IMG/VR virus record: IMGVR_UViG_3300032272_000007
Coordinates: 1 to 64,000 of that record
Source: a virus
Lineage: Duplodnaviria; Caudoviricetes
Reading direction: 5' to 3' (one strand)
Length of the DNA stretch: 64,000 nt
Under the pieces are notes generated by a model. The model saw nothing but the letters and a program-made list of their open reading frames with translations. It was not told the origin of the DNA and ran no database searches. Every line of letters begins with the position of its first letter. Within the stretch, counting starts at the first letter, position 1. Both the position numbers and the translations under genes were made by a program. This document shows, piece after piece, positions 45,601 through 53,962 of this stretch.

Positions 45601-46559
45601 ATGGAGAGCAAGACCCAGCGGATCCGGCTGCTTTTATATGGTCAAACCCTTTCCGAATTAAAGGAGAGAAGGGAGATCAAGGGGTTAATGGGAACTTCTT
45701 CTTCAACATGTATAAGCAAGCAGGGACAGCACTTCCAAACGGTGATACTTCCACATTAGGACAGATGACCGGTGCGGGGTGGACAGCAAACCCGCCAGGC
45801 ACAGACAATGTGTATGTAGCACAAAGGCTTTGGACGGGAGAGGGAGTCACATTTGATGTAAATAATTTACCTAGCACCGGACCCGTTGGAGGAACCACAT
45901 GGTTGGGACCAATCGTTTTTTCGGGAATAAGCGGAAATGATGGCGCAAACGGGAGTAATGGAGCAGACGGAGATAAGGGGTGGAGTCAGGTTATAGCAAT
46001 CGTATCAGACGGATCAAGAAGAGTTCAACAATTATCCGACTGGGTAGGAGGGGAAGGCACAAAGCCCGGTAATGTGGGAAACTACATAGGCCCATCAGGA
46101 TATGTAACCTCAATAGGTTCTGCGGTAGATGTAAGAGGAGCTACCGGAGCTACCGGAGCTCAAGGTGCTGGATTTGATTCTCTTGGGGCTCCGTATCCCG
46201 TTGGAAGTGCTCAAATAGCAATGGGAAGTGGTTCTGCTAATTTTAACAACCTCATTCTATGGCAAAAAACAGGAGCAATAACATCTTTTGCTGCGGGGCC
46301 AACCGATAATGATGATCAATGGGGATCTTTCTTTCTTGCTCATAATTTAGGAAACACTAACTACTACTGTACCTTTAGTTCTTGGAACCCAAAAACAGGA
46401 TCAGCTACCGCCACGGCTAAAAAAGTACAAGAAGATGCGATCTATGCGGTCATGTACGATAGACAAAACTCTAGTTTTAGAGTAGTTTTTAGGGAAATGT
46501 TCAGTCTCAGTCAGGAGAATCCACAACACCTATTTGTAACCCTTTGGAAAATCCCATAA
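42639..46559 (+). CDS. Large tail fibre/spike protein with short collagen-like segments
   Basis: 1306 aa; GEKGDQG, GNDGANGSNGADGDKG, GATGATGAQG. Confidence 0.75.
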   Translation: MSDGKIEIHAPLKPLNDNERMFIVEQKYVKGADQIFSNLAELVAFHPDRMQQGMTARVANYPTIGDITEYYLNEDPAAMIDGSLDSIVTIDNFGTYWSILTQQNSGAVTIREYAPSKTGGARPSYPYAPSTEVPDGWTAIYDPQLGHKWMRFRTDDVDVNTDGVFDNWSIPVQIGTQFAANDYIENRFIRQDADLTIISSEGGLQLNDFYIVVSGNVDVNGVNKTKGTIFEHVGGNTYTFNTATVQETVPPPPSTDGLGAPNNEPTGYSDTIPVGSAMLWVIEGQKTAYGQLKSDWVIRRINEDPNYIRYSNAATPDPNTIVDINTSAAAATQGDTDLTNAGWANVFSGENFIATRQDDNGGSPGPPFLPWKLEKINEESGEFVDSVFKLFDFNLPVGDPLLVAPTEADPTLEGWFDTIQPETGQQKNFISSARKFIDGTLKTAWSDPAPFTGFDIYVLNVESDSDDDFKTDKDGNVVPATIQLDAELFKGVVRLWEDIDVPLTFSWKRVYDNGSAIDEAADFDTGDDFYLLADTGTPGQDGYKYSGQRLIVKPDGVTGKAIFRAQVIVTMADAPDITITKDLSLLDVSDGLDAKDISIGVDNPTTIYDTVNTVHVPAAVNLTSFYSNIGSPTLYWYVETAPSTWTAIVTAGAYTVNGNILNIDTSVLFAADGTAEEFRFAVSTHATDPDLANGDTIHTDYKTVVKLGSAGVGAPGVDSVISLLDNEAATIVLDKVSIQPVPNETGAAGRVITKVQVYDGATKKVYGGGNDYTIVVSPTAGDIQFGVQADGADARVFIAAWTSSVARSATCTITITYGALTLEKVFQIGSTLDAPGAIVLDVDSNKGFAFTPQDVTDKTLTASLYDTNEDPELQTSGYEYNFQIAGIFQGWTAVRTQLLTRNDILTSGDVVVQVRPTAGSVIRTRTLKFYDIVDSRIITMLTASDPVVIADKIPTNHVDNSNITVNSVDWKDVNSVFWDTNPPIYACYGEQDPADPAAFIWSNPFRIKGEKGDQGVNGNFFFNMYKQAGTALPNGDTSTLGQMTGAGWTANPPGTDNVYVAQRLWTGEGVTFDVNNLPSTGPVGGTTWLGPIVFSGISGNDGANGSNGADGDKGWSQVIAIVSDGSRRVQQLSDWVGGEGTKPGNVGNYIGPSGYVTSIGSAVDVRGATGATGAQGAGFDSLGAPYPVGSAQIAMGSGSANFNNLILWQKTGAITSFAAGPTDNDDQWGSFFLAHNLGNTNYYCTFSSWNPKTGSATATAKKVQEDAIYAVMYDRQNSSFRVVFREMFSLSQENPQHLFVTLWKIP

Positions 46560-46562
46560 AAA

Positions 46563-47990
46563 ATGGATGTAAACGAACATATTGCCGATTTTTTGAGAGA
46601 CGCAACTTATAGGTTAGCGGAAATAACTAATGAGCTGGAGGGTACAATTATAGACAAGGATGCAGCTGAGTATAAAAAACTCAACGGATACCGGCAGGAT
46701 ATTTGGCTTTTCTCTAGGGTAATATTCTATGGATCACACTTCATTTATCAGGCAGAAAAAAGCGGCTTCACAAACGATTGGACTGATAATGAAATAATTG
46801 AAGAGATAGAGTATATCAGAGATAGGGTTGGTATTAGTGAAATTCCTTGGGTTAGTTACACCAACTACATGCCAAATCTGATCGTAAGAGCATCAGGAGG
46901 AGGAATTGAGGTTGAAGAAGATCCATTTATTAAAGTAGGGCAAGAAGGGGACTTGGTTGAATACGACCAAGATCAAAAAACCCTTCGTCCAATAAGTAAA
47001 CCAGTCTTACTTGGATTTTCTGGAGACATAGCGACCTATTATCAGAGAGCCTTAGCTTATGGATACATACTAAATGGAACTTTTACAGAAGCCGAATGGG
47101 CTGGTGAAAATCCTCTTTTGTTGTCTGGAGAGATGGGGATTGCTATTATTGGAGGATTAGGAACCAAATTCAAATTAGGACCAGGAAGGTGGAATGATCT
47201 CAATTATTTCACGGAAAAATATTCAATTGGGGATGTAGTCACTAATCCGATCGGTGACGCAATCAATACAGCTGCAGTACAGGATGAAAGTATAGAGAGT
47301 GTAATTAAGTTAATGTTGAGTCCTTATGCTGAACCAGTTATTCAGAATTTACAGAATGACGCAGGAGGAGGCTATCTCTCTGAATCAATTATCATCTTAG
47401 GGAATACAATTTCAGGAGGAATTAACATACAGTTCACTGTTTCTAATTCAGCGAACCTCGATGGAGCTACACCAATCAACGTGACAGCAGGAGGAGTATT
47501 TTCCAATGAAGGAGATTTCGCTAATGGAAGCCCCATCAACCTAACTCTTGCATCAGATCTAACACCTACTCAGCTCACCAACATTGAAATAAAGGTGAAG
47601 GCGACTCACACCAACGGGGTGACCCAGGAGTTTAGCACTTTCATCCGATTCCGTCCGGAGATTATATGGGGAGTTTCTGCATTGAACTCATTGACAGCCT
47701 CCGAACTAGCAGCCATCACAGCAAAGCAGCTATTGACAACCGAGGAGTATGCTGGAGAATATGACTATACCCAGTCTGGGTACCTTTATTTAGCTATTCC
47801 AGTAACCCTTAGCCCGTCTAATTTGTTTTTTGCAGACACAACAAACCCACTGATATCACTACCAATCGATATGGTAGATCTAGGCGTTGTGACAAATGTC
47901 AACCCGTCTGGAGCCGGAGCGTACAATTATCAAGTTTTCAGAACCCAATATTCAATCTCTGAGAATTCAACTAAAATAACGATTCAATGA
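46563..47990 (+). CDS. Putative tail/structural protein
   Basis: Hyaluronidase-like 'WAGENPLLLSGEMGI...FKLGPGRWNDL' head-binding motif. Confidence 0.65.
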   Translation: MDVNEHIADFLRDATYRLAEITNELEGTIIDKDAAEYKKLNGYRQDIWLFSRVIFYGSHFIYQAEKSGFTNDWTDNEIIEEIEYIRDRVGISEIPWVSYTNYMPNLIVRASGGGIEVEEDPFIKVGQEGDLVEYDQDQKTLRPISKPVLLGFSGDIATYYQRALAYGYILNGTFTEAEWAGENPLLLSGEMGIAIIGGLGTKFKLGPGRWNDLNYFTEKYSIGDVVTNPIGDAINTAAVQDESIESVIKLMLSPYAEPVIQNLQNDAGGGYLSESIIILGNTISGGINIQFTVSNSANLDGATPINVTAGGVFSNEGDFANGSPINLTLASDLTPTQLTNIEIKVKATHTNGVTQEFSTFIRFRPEIIWGVSALNSLTASELAAITAKQLLTTEEYAGEYDYTQSGYLYLAIPVTLSPSNLFFADTTNPLISLPIDMVDLGVVTNVNPSGAGAYNYQVFRTQYSISENSTKITIQ

Positions 47991-48961
47991 GTGATACAGT
48001 AAGAGCTTTATTGAGATCAGCCGGTAACTACCCCATCTTCCAAGATTGGGACAAGAAAGGGGGTATGTTCATTGTTAAAAACAAAGCTGCCAGAAATGCT
48101 ATACCCGCTCAATTTAGAGTTTTAGATACCGATAGAACAACAATGTGTTATGTCGAGGGAGATGAGATCTATTATCTAAACAATAATCCAGCAGGAGATC
48201 TTACAGCGGATACTGACTGGGAAATAGCGGTTACTAAGGGTGTTCCAGAGACACTTATAGGAACATGGAAAAGTGACAATACGGATCCAGTCCTACTAGA
48301 TACTGATTCAACCACCGATAACAATGGGGATTATTATTTTGTTAGAGGAGCACCAACCGATCAAATGGTTACCCATACAGGCTTGTTTGAGGGAAATACC
48401 GAAACCGTGAAGAACGGCGACATGATCGTTTCAGCGGCAGGAAAGTGGGTAGTTAGAAGATTTGATCCTCAAGTAAATATTCCAGAGGAGCTTATTGTGC
48501 GTCAATATGTACAAGACATCACAGAAAGAGACAATCTCGACCGGTGGGAGGGAATGGCCGTGGTGGTTAAGGATATTGGCACAGGATTCTCCGCTGAGTA
48601 TTTGTATAAGCCATCTTCGGTTGATGCAGATGGACAAGGATTTGTATTGCTTACCAATCCTAACCTAAATCCAAGCGGACAGGTGGTAATTACTTCTGAT
48701 AATGCACTAGCGATCACAGGACCAGGAATATATGTTTATGTGGGCGCTGGAGATGCAAACTGGACGATACCATCTATTGGATCCGCGATTCAAGGAGGCA
48801 TAATTATGTGCAAGAATAGATCATCAGATGAGGGTAATCTTATCATAAATGCAGATGCAGCGGGGGAAATATACGATACTGACGGGACATACGACACTAA
48901 ATTGATATTCCCAGAGGACAAATTTGTTAGCTTTATAGCAGAAACTTATTGGACAATTTAA
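47987..48961 (+). CDS. Putative tail fibre-associated protein
   Basis: 'VQDITERDNL' repeat-type motif; C-terminal IQGG...KN domain. Confidence 0.65.
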   Translation: MSDTVRALLRSAGNYPIFQDWDKKGGMFIVKNKAARNAIPAQFRVLDTDRTTMCYVEGDEIYYLNNNPAGDLTADTDWEIAVTKGVPETLIGTWKSDNTDPVLLDTDSTTDNNGDYYFVRGAPTDQMVTHTGLFEGNTETVKNGDMIVSAAGKWVVRRFDPQVNIPEELIVRQYVQDITERDNLDRWEGMAVVVKDIGTGFSAEYLYKPSSVDADGQGFVLLTNPNLNPSGQVVITSDNALAITGPGIYVYVGAGDANWTIPSIGSAIQGGIIMCKNRSSDEGNLIINADAAGEIYDTDGTYDTKLIFPEDKFVSFIAETYWTI

Positions 48962-48965
48962 TATT

Positions 48966-50753
48966 ATGAAGAAACTATTTATATCATTATTGCTCATCCT
49001 GACCTCATTGGCAGGATTTGGCCAGACGTACAAAGTAGTACGGGCAAAAACACTTCTTCCTCTACCAGTAGCGGCAAGAGGTAACGACACGCTGAATATT
49101 AGCGGGAAGATCAAGATCAACAGTCTGCTATTTCCTAATGTAGACGGAACCGCAGCACAGTCATTACTTACAGATGGTGCAGACTCCCTTTACTGGGGAA
49201 CGATACCAGTACTGAACAACATCGCTGATGATGCCGCAAATAGTCTTTTACTAGGCAATGCAGGAACAGCAGGAAACATTGATTTAACAGCACAAGGATC
49301 AGACGCAAATGTCGGGTTCAATTTTGTGCCGAAAGGAACAGGTCAGATACTAATACCAGACGGAACATCCGTATTGCCTTCTTTGGCCTTGGCCTCTAGT
49401 CCTACCACTGGAATGTTTTTAGATGGTTCTGTTTTAACAATAAAAACAGGTTCAGGAGGAGGTGACCTAGCGTTTCAATCTTGGACAGGAATTATCAGAC
49501 CACAATCATCCAATACTTTTGATTTAGGGTCTTCTGGGTTTTTATGGAAAAGGGGATTTTTTGCGCAAGATGTTGCTATAGGTAATCTCAATTTAGTAGG
49601 CAACACTATATCATCCACAGATACAAATGGAAACATCAACCTAACTCCTAATGGAACAGGCAACATCGTTCTGGGAACAACTACACTCGATGCGGATCAA
49701 GTATTAGGAGCGGGTCAAGATAATTTCGTACTAACTTACGATAACGGAACAGGATTAGCTTCTTTTGAGACTGCGGCTGGCGGAGGTGGCGTCACATTTG
49801 GAACTGATAATCAAATTCCAGTAATGAACGCAGGGGGGACAGATTTTGAATACACTAGTAATCTTCAGTACGCTACTGGTCTATTCCAAGTCACAAACAC
49901 GTCATCTGAACAGGTAAGAGGTTTGTATGACGGAAATAATTATGCCGAATTTGACGCATCAAGCGGAGTTGTACAAATAACAGCTAGGGCAACAGGAAAC
50001 TTGTTCACTAATCTGAGCCAGACAACAACCAACGCAGGGATTGATTCAGATATATCCAGCGCCTCAGGGAGTGCTTTTTGGAGTGTAAATGGTGACAACG
50101 ACACAGGAACAACACCTATTTATTCAATGGTAGCTTCCATTGGTGCAGCTCCGTTTGCGACAAGGCCATTATTTAGAATGACGAATTTCTCAACGGACGT
50201 ATACGAAATACAAGCAGATGGAGATTTTGATTTTCTAAATCATAACACAATAGGTATTAGCTCAATATTTTTAACCGAAAAAGCAGCAGCAGATGCTGAC
50301 GTAGCGGGTAGTGGCCAGCTTTGGGTGAAAGACGATGCGCCAAACACCTTAATGTTCACCGATGATGCTGGAACAGATTTTGAACTAAGTCAGACAACCA
50401 CACAAACAACGACGACCACGGGAGCAGGGGGGTCAGCGAGTATTGACATACCCTTAAACGCCTCTAGCACTTATCTATTAGAAATTTCGGTAGTTGGGGG
50501 TGAGACAGATGCAACACCCACTATGTATGCTAGTCGTACTTTTGAAGCCCTGTATCATAGAGTTGGATCTGGTAGTGCTGTTGAAGATGGAGAAAACGCT
50601 GGAACATTCATTGAGGTAGGGGGTGGAAGTATGGGAATATCCCTTTCACCTAATGGTAACAACGCGAGGGTTGTATTGTCTGGTCCAGATATTACCAGTA
50701 CAAACATGAGTTGGAGGGTTACCGTTAAGAGCACAAGGGTAGCTTCAAATTAA
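48966..50753 (+). CDS. Tail fibre/spike-like protein with an N-terminal Sec signal peptide
   Basis: MKKLFISLLLILTSLAGFG-Q; G/T/N-rich fibre repeats (TNGNINLTPNGTG). Confidence 0.75.
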   Translation: MKKLFISLLLILTSLAGFGQTYKVVRAKTLLPLPVAARGNDTLNISGKIKINSLLFPNVDGTAAQSLLTDGADSLYWGTIPVLNNIADDAANSLLLGNAGTAGNIDLTAQGSDANVGFNFVPKGTGQILIPDGTSVLPSLALASSPTTGMFLDGSVLTIKTGSGGGDLAFQSWTGIIRPQSSNTFDLGSSGFLWKRGFFAQDVAIGNLNLVGNTISSTDTNGNINLTPNGTGNIVLGTTTLDADQVLGAGQDNFVLTYDNGTGLASFETAAGGGGVTFGTDNQIPVMNAGGTDFEYTSNLQYATGLFQVTNTSSEQVRGLYDGNNYAEFDASSGVVQITARATGNLFTNLSQTTTNAGIDSDISSASGSAFWSVNGDNDTGTTPIYSMVASIGAAPFATRPLFRMTNFSTDVYEIQADGDFDFLNHNTIGISSIFLTEKAAADADVAGSGQLWVKDDAPNTLMFTDDAGTDFELSQTTTQTTTTTGAGGSASIDIPLNASSTYLLEISVVGGETDATPTMYASRTFEALYHRVGSGSAVEDGENAGTFIEVGGGSMGISLSPNGNNARVVLSGPDITSTNMSWRVTVKSTRVASN

Positions 50754-50784
50754 TTTTTAGGTTAACTTTAAACAAAAAAATTAA

Positions 50785-50964
50785 GGAATCGCAGGAGGAA
50801 TAAAAGCAGCTTCTATAAACATTTCTGTCAGTGCGGTAGTAGCCCCTCTTTGGACTCCTTCGTAATTAGGGGCGGCTGTAGTTGGGGATATAGAATTTAG
50901 GTTTGTTGCTACTGGCACAGGTGTAACCACATTTCGATTCTCGGGACAATATCAAGTTTTATAA
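50785..50964 (+). pseudogene. Startless tail-fibre C-terminal relic
   Basis: GIAGG...PS*LGAAVVGDIEFRFVATGTGVTTFRFSGQYQVL*; internal TAA at 50863. Confidence 0.4.
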
Positions 50965-50992
50965 ATTTTCTAAACCATATAAAAAAATCAAA

Positions 50993-51343
50993 ATGGAACA
51001 ATTAATTAAAGATGTATCGGTCAAATTTGATGACCAACTAGACTTCACTGAATTAGTAGGTGGACTTTCTGGACAAGCAATCGAGTGGGTAGATGGTAAA
51101 ATCATCCATGGTGGGCTTTCTTTTGGTGTCTCTAAAGTGCCAGAGGAATATCACTCGGATGTAGAAGCTGTTCTTAATGCTTATCTGAACGATGATCTAG
51201 TATCATTATCGGAGACAGTTAAGAACCGAATGAATGAGTGGATTGATATACCTGGTATTGATGAGACTGATGAAGGTTTGATCTTCGGCGCACTTGGTAC
51301 AGCTATTTTCACGATCTTGCAGAGGAAAATAGAAAACGGCTAA
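50993..51343 (+). CDS. Hypothetical protein
   Basis: Strong A-rich start context. Confidence 0.7.
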   Translation: MEQLIKDVSVKFDDQLDFTELVGGLSGQAIEWVDGKIIHGGLSFGVSKVPEEYHSDVEAVLNAYLNDDLVSLSETVKNRMNEWIDIPGIDETDEGLIFGALGTAIFTILQRKIENG

Positions 51344-51526
51344 GTGAAACTCATTTATAAATTCATTTTCGGAGCACTTAACGGGACCATTGGCGTGGAT
51401 CTCGTTAAGATCTTCGATGCTGATGGAAACGGGAAGGTCTCTTTTAAAGAGATACGGAATGCTTCATTGGATAAATGGATAAATTTTCTATTTTCAGTTG
51501 CAATTAGCATAAAAGCATTTTGGTGA
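51344..51526 (+). CDS. 60-aa membrane peptide with an EF-hand loop
   Basis: DADGNGKVSFKE canonical loop; hydrophobic ends; GTG start. Confidence 0.6.
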   Translation: MKLIYKFIFGALNGTIGVDLVKIFDADGNGKVSFKEIRNASLDKWINFLFSVAISIKAFW

Positions 51527-51912
51527 ATGAAGAAACGCACTATATAGACGAAGTAATTGAATATTTACAACATCCTTTCTATATGATGATTGGAGGTCTA
51601 ATAGTGTACTTTTTTATCAAGTGGGGAGTGATGAGAAATCTTAAAAAGATCCCAGAAGCAGGTTTTTTCTCTGATCAGAAAGATGAAATGGGCGTTGGGT
51701 TAATACTTGGACTGTCCTTCATAACATGGGATGATGAAGTCCTTGCGGCCTATTATAAAACACAACCAGATGAGGTACCAGAATTAGAATTGTGGATGTA
51801 TTTTTTTGTAGGAGTTGCGGGTGAAAACCTGTACCAACTCTTTCAGGTGGCCTATCTTGTTAAAAGTAAGGTTGTTAGCCTGCTGAAAAAAATTAAAATA
51901 AAGATGGACTAA
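51520..51912 (+). CDS. Holin-like membrane protein
   Basis: Three hydrophobic segments and a basic C-terminus. Confidence 0.55.
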   Translation: MVNEETHYIDEVIEYLQHPFYMMIGGLIVYFFIKWGVMRNLKKIPEAGFFSDQKDEMGVGLILGLSFITWDDEVLAAYYKTQPDEVPELELWMYFFVGVAGENLYQLFQVAYLVKSKVVSLLKKIKIKMD

Positions 51913-52547
51913 TGCCCAAGAGAATCAAGGAGATCGTTGAAAAAGTACAGTTTTACTACGGTAAGAGAGAAACGGGTTATACATCTCCCGATGAGATAAC
52001 CAGAGAACTTAATGTAGAATCAGGCAACGTATTCACCGATCTAATTGAAGAGTACGCCATAACCCGCCGTATTTCAGAATACCTACAAGGGTTTATGGTT
52101 CCATCCGAAGAGATTGGACTCAACCTATCTGGGGAAGGCGATAAACCCACTGATTTTGCTCATGCCATCTCTTTCCGCCTGGATGACGACACTGCAGGAG
52201 AAATTCTGGAAATTGCTTTCTGGAGAGAACGGTTAAAGCACCCCAACAAACCCCCATCCGCTGAATTTCCGATCGCCAGAATGGTTGGAACTAAAATAGA
52301 GGTCCGCCCAGCGGACTCAACAAAGATATTTTTGGATTACTTTCGTTTTCCCACAAAGGTCGTATATGACTTTATTGTTCAAAATGGGGACGAGTATATC
52401 TATCAAGACCCCACTTCGGTGGACTGGGAATGGCCTGAAACTATTGAGGATCGTATAATTAACCGAGTATTAGCTAATCTTGGTATACCTAATAAAGACC
52501 GGGACTTGATGGGATACTCTCAAAATGAGAAATTTCAAGAAAAATGA
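51912..52547 (+). CDS. Tail tubular/adaptor protein
   Basis: Position and size match crAss-like/P22-gp4-like ring proteins. Confidence 0.65.
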   Translation: MPKRIKEIVEKVQFYYGKRETGYTSPDEITRELNVESGNVFTDLIEEYAITRRISEYLQGFMVPSEEIGLNLSGEGDKPTDFAHAISFRLDDDTAGEILEIAFWRERLKHPNKPPSAEFPIARMVGTKIEVRPADSTKIFLDYFRFPTKVVYDFIVQNGDEYIYQDPTSVDWEWPETIEDRIINRVLANLGIPNKDRDLMGYSQNEKFQEK

Positions 52548-53188
52548 CAACCCTTAACTCCATAGCGCACTTAATTAAAGATCGGTTAGCGGGGGGAAAC
52601 TCCTCTGTAGACAACCAGCTTGACGAACGGGATATTATTATTAGGATCCGCCAGGTAATCAATCAGGTACTCAGAATTTCATTCTTTGAAAACATGGGTA
52701 TTGGCGATAGAAATGCGTCAAACCTTTACATTGTTTCATACGAGGTATCTATCATGGAGGATACTGCTGAAAAGTACAAGTATATAAAATTACCAGATGT
52801 GCTGGCAAATCTGCCTTATAACAAAGGGATCCACTCAATGCACCCGAAGGGGTCTCCAGACGAAACTCTCATTAGAGCTAACAATCACTATGTAACAAGA
52901 AATTTAAGATCGAGTCAGATGGAGGGTAAACCCGCCTACTTTCTGGAAGGAGATCGGCTAGTTATGAGAAAGAAGAACTGGAAATCATCATGGACAAAGA
53001 TGATTGTAAAATTGAAATTGGCGGCTCCAGATAAATTTGGACTAGATGACCCTCTTCCAGTCTATGCGGACCAGATAAGCCAAGTTGTAGAGATTGTAAC
53101 AACATATTTTGCTCCTCCAGTGATTCAGGATGTGTTAAATGATGGAAACAAAGACCGTGTAGTAAATATTAGAGATGGCAAAGGATAA
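52544..53188 (+). CDS. Tail tubular/adaptor protein
   Basis: Second of three consecutive ring-protein-sized genes. Confidence 0.6.
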   Translation: MTTLNSIAHLIKDRLAGGNSSVDNQLDERDIIIRIRQVINQVLRISFFENMGIGDRNASNLYIVSYEVSIMEDTAEKYKYIKLPDVLANLPYNKGIHSMHPKGSPDETLIRANNHYVTRNLRSSQMEGKPAYFLEGDRLVMRKKNWKSSWTKMIVKLKLAAPDKFGLDDPLPVYADQISQVVEIVTTYFAPPVIQDVLNDGNKDRVVNIRDGKG

Positions 53189-53960
53189 CAAAAGTTGGTA
53201 TACGGTTAGCGAGGCAGCTTACGATGCTCTTGATGATATAGGAGAAACTGAGGCTCGTTTTGACGTTTTCCTCAAGTGGGCGCTTAGGGCAGCTAGATCA
53301 TGGCATATTGATCAAGCCAAGGAGGTGAAGACTAAAATCCTAAAGTTGACCAAACACAGGTCCATTGTATTACCAGATGATTATGTGGATTGGGTTAAAG
53401 TGGGGATTAAGTGTGGAGATACGGTCAAAACGTTTACGCACGACACCAGTATAGCAAGTCATTATGATTGTGTCGCTGGAGAGAAGCAGGAGAATATGCC
53501 CTGTTACGATGATGTAAATTTATTTGAACTAGACATCAGTAGTGATAAATACCTGTTTCACAACATATTAAGTACTGATTATGGAGTTGATACTCCAATA
53601 TTTGGTCTCGCCTACAAGAGCAATGGTCTTGGATACTTCACGGTTCATCGAGAGGAAGGAGAGATTCAGTTCAGGGCTATAATGCCAAGAAACAGCGATA
53701 TATACCTTGAATACATATCAAATGGATGGGATCCAAACAAGGAAACCGTCATCAATCCACTAGCTTATGACTTAATTATCCAATTCATTCATTGGCAAAA
53801 TCTCCGCTTTAACAAAACCATTGCCCGATCACACGTAAAAGAGGCAAGGAAGGAATACTGGGATGAATTTGATAGGGTTCAATACAGACTGTTAGATCTC
53901 ACTATAGAGGATGTGCAGGAAGTAGCTAGAGAGGCATTTATCCCAACCGTACAAACCTAA
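53175..53960 (+). CDS. Tail tubular/adaptor protein
   Basis: 'IVLPDDYVDWVKVG' motif common in such ring proteins. Confidence 0.65.
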   Translation: MAKDNKSWYTVSEAAYDALDDIGETEARFDVFLKWALRAARSWHIDQAKEVKTKILKLTKHRSIVLPDDYVDWVKVGIKCGDTVKTFTHDTSIASHYDCVAGEKQENMPCYDDVNLFELDISSDKYLFHNILSTDYGVDTPIFGLAYKSNGLGYFTVHREEGEIQFRAIMPRNSDIYLEYISNGWDPNKETVINPLAYDLIIQFIHWQNLRFNKTIARSHVKEARKEYWDEFDRVQYRLLDLTIEDVQEVAREAFIPTVQT

Positions 53961-53962
53961 AA

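Noticed and set aside
42639-50964. Diversity-generating retroelement or invertible tail-fibre shufflon
   Set aside because: No reverse transcriptase, no TR/VR pair differing at adenines, and no inverted repeats flanking alternative tips were found.
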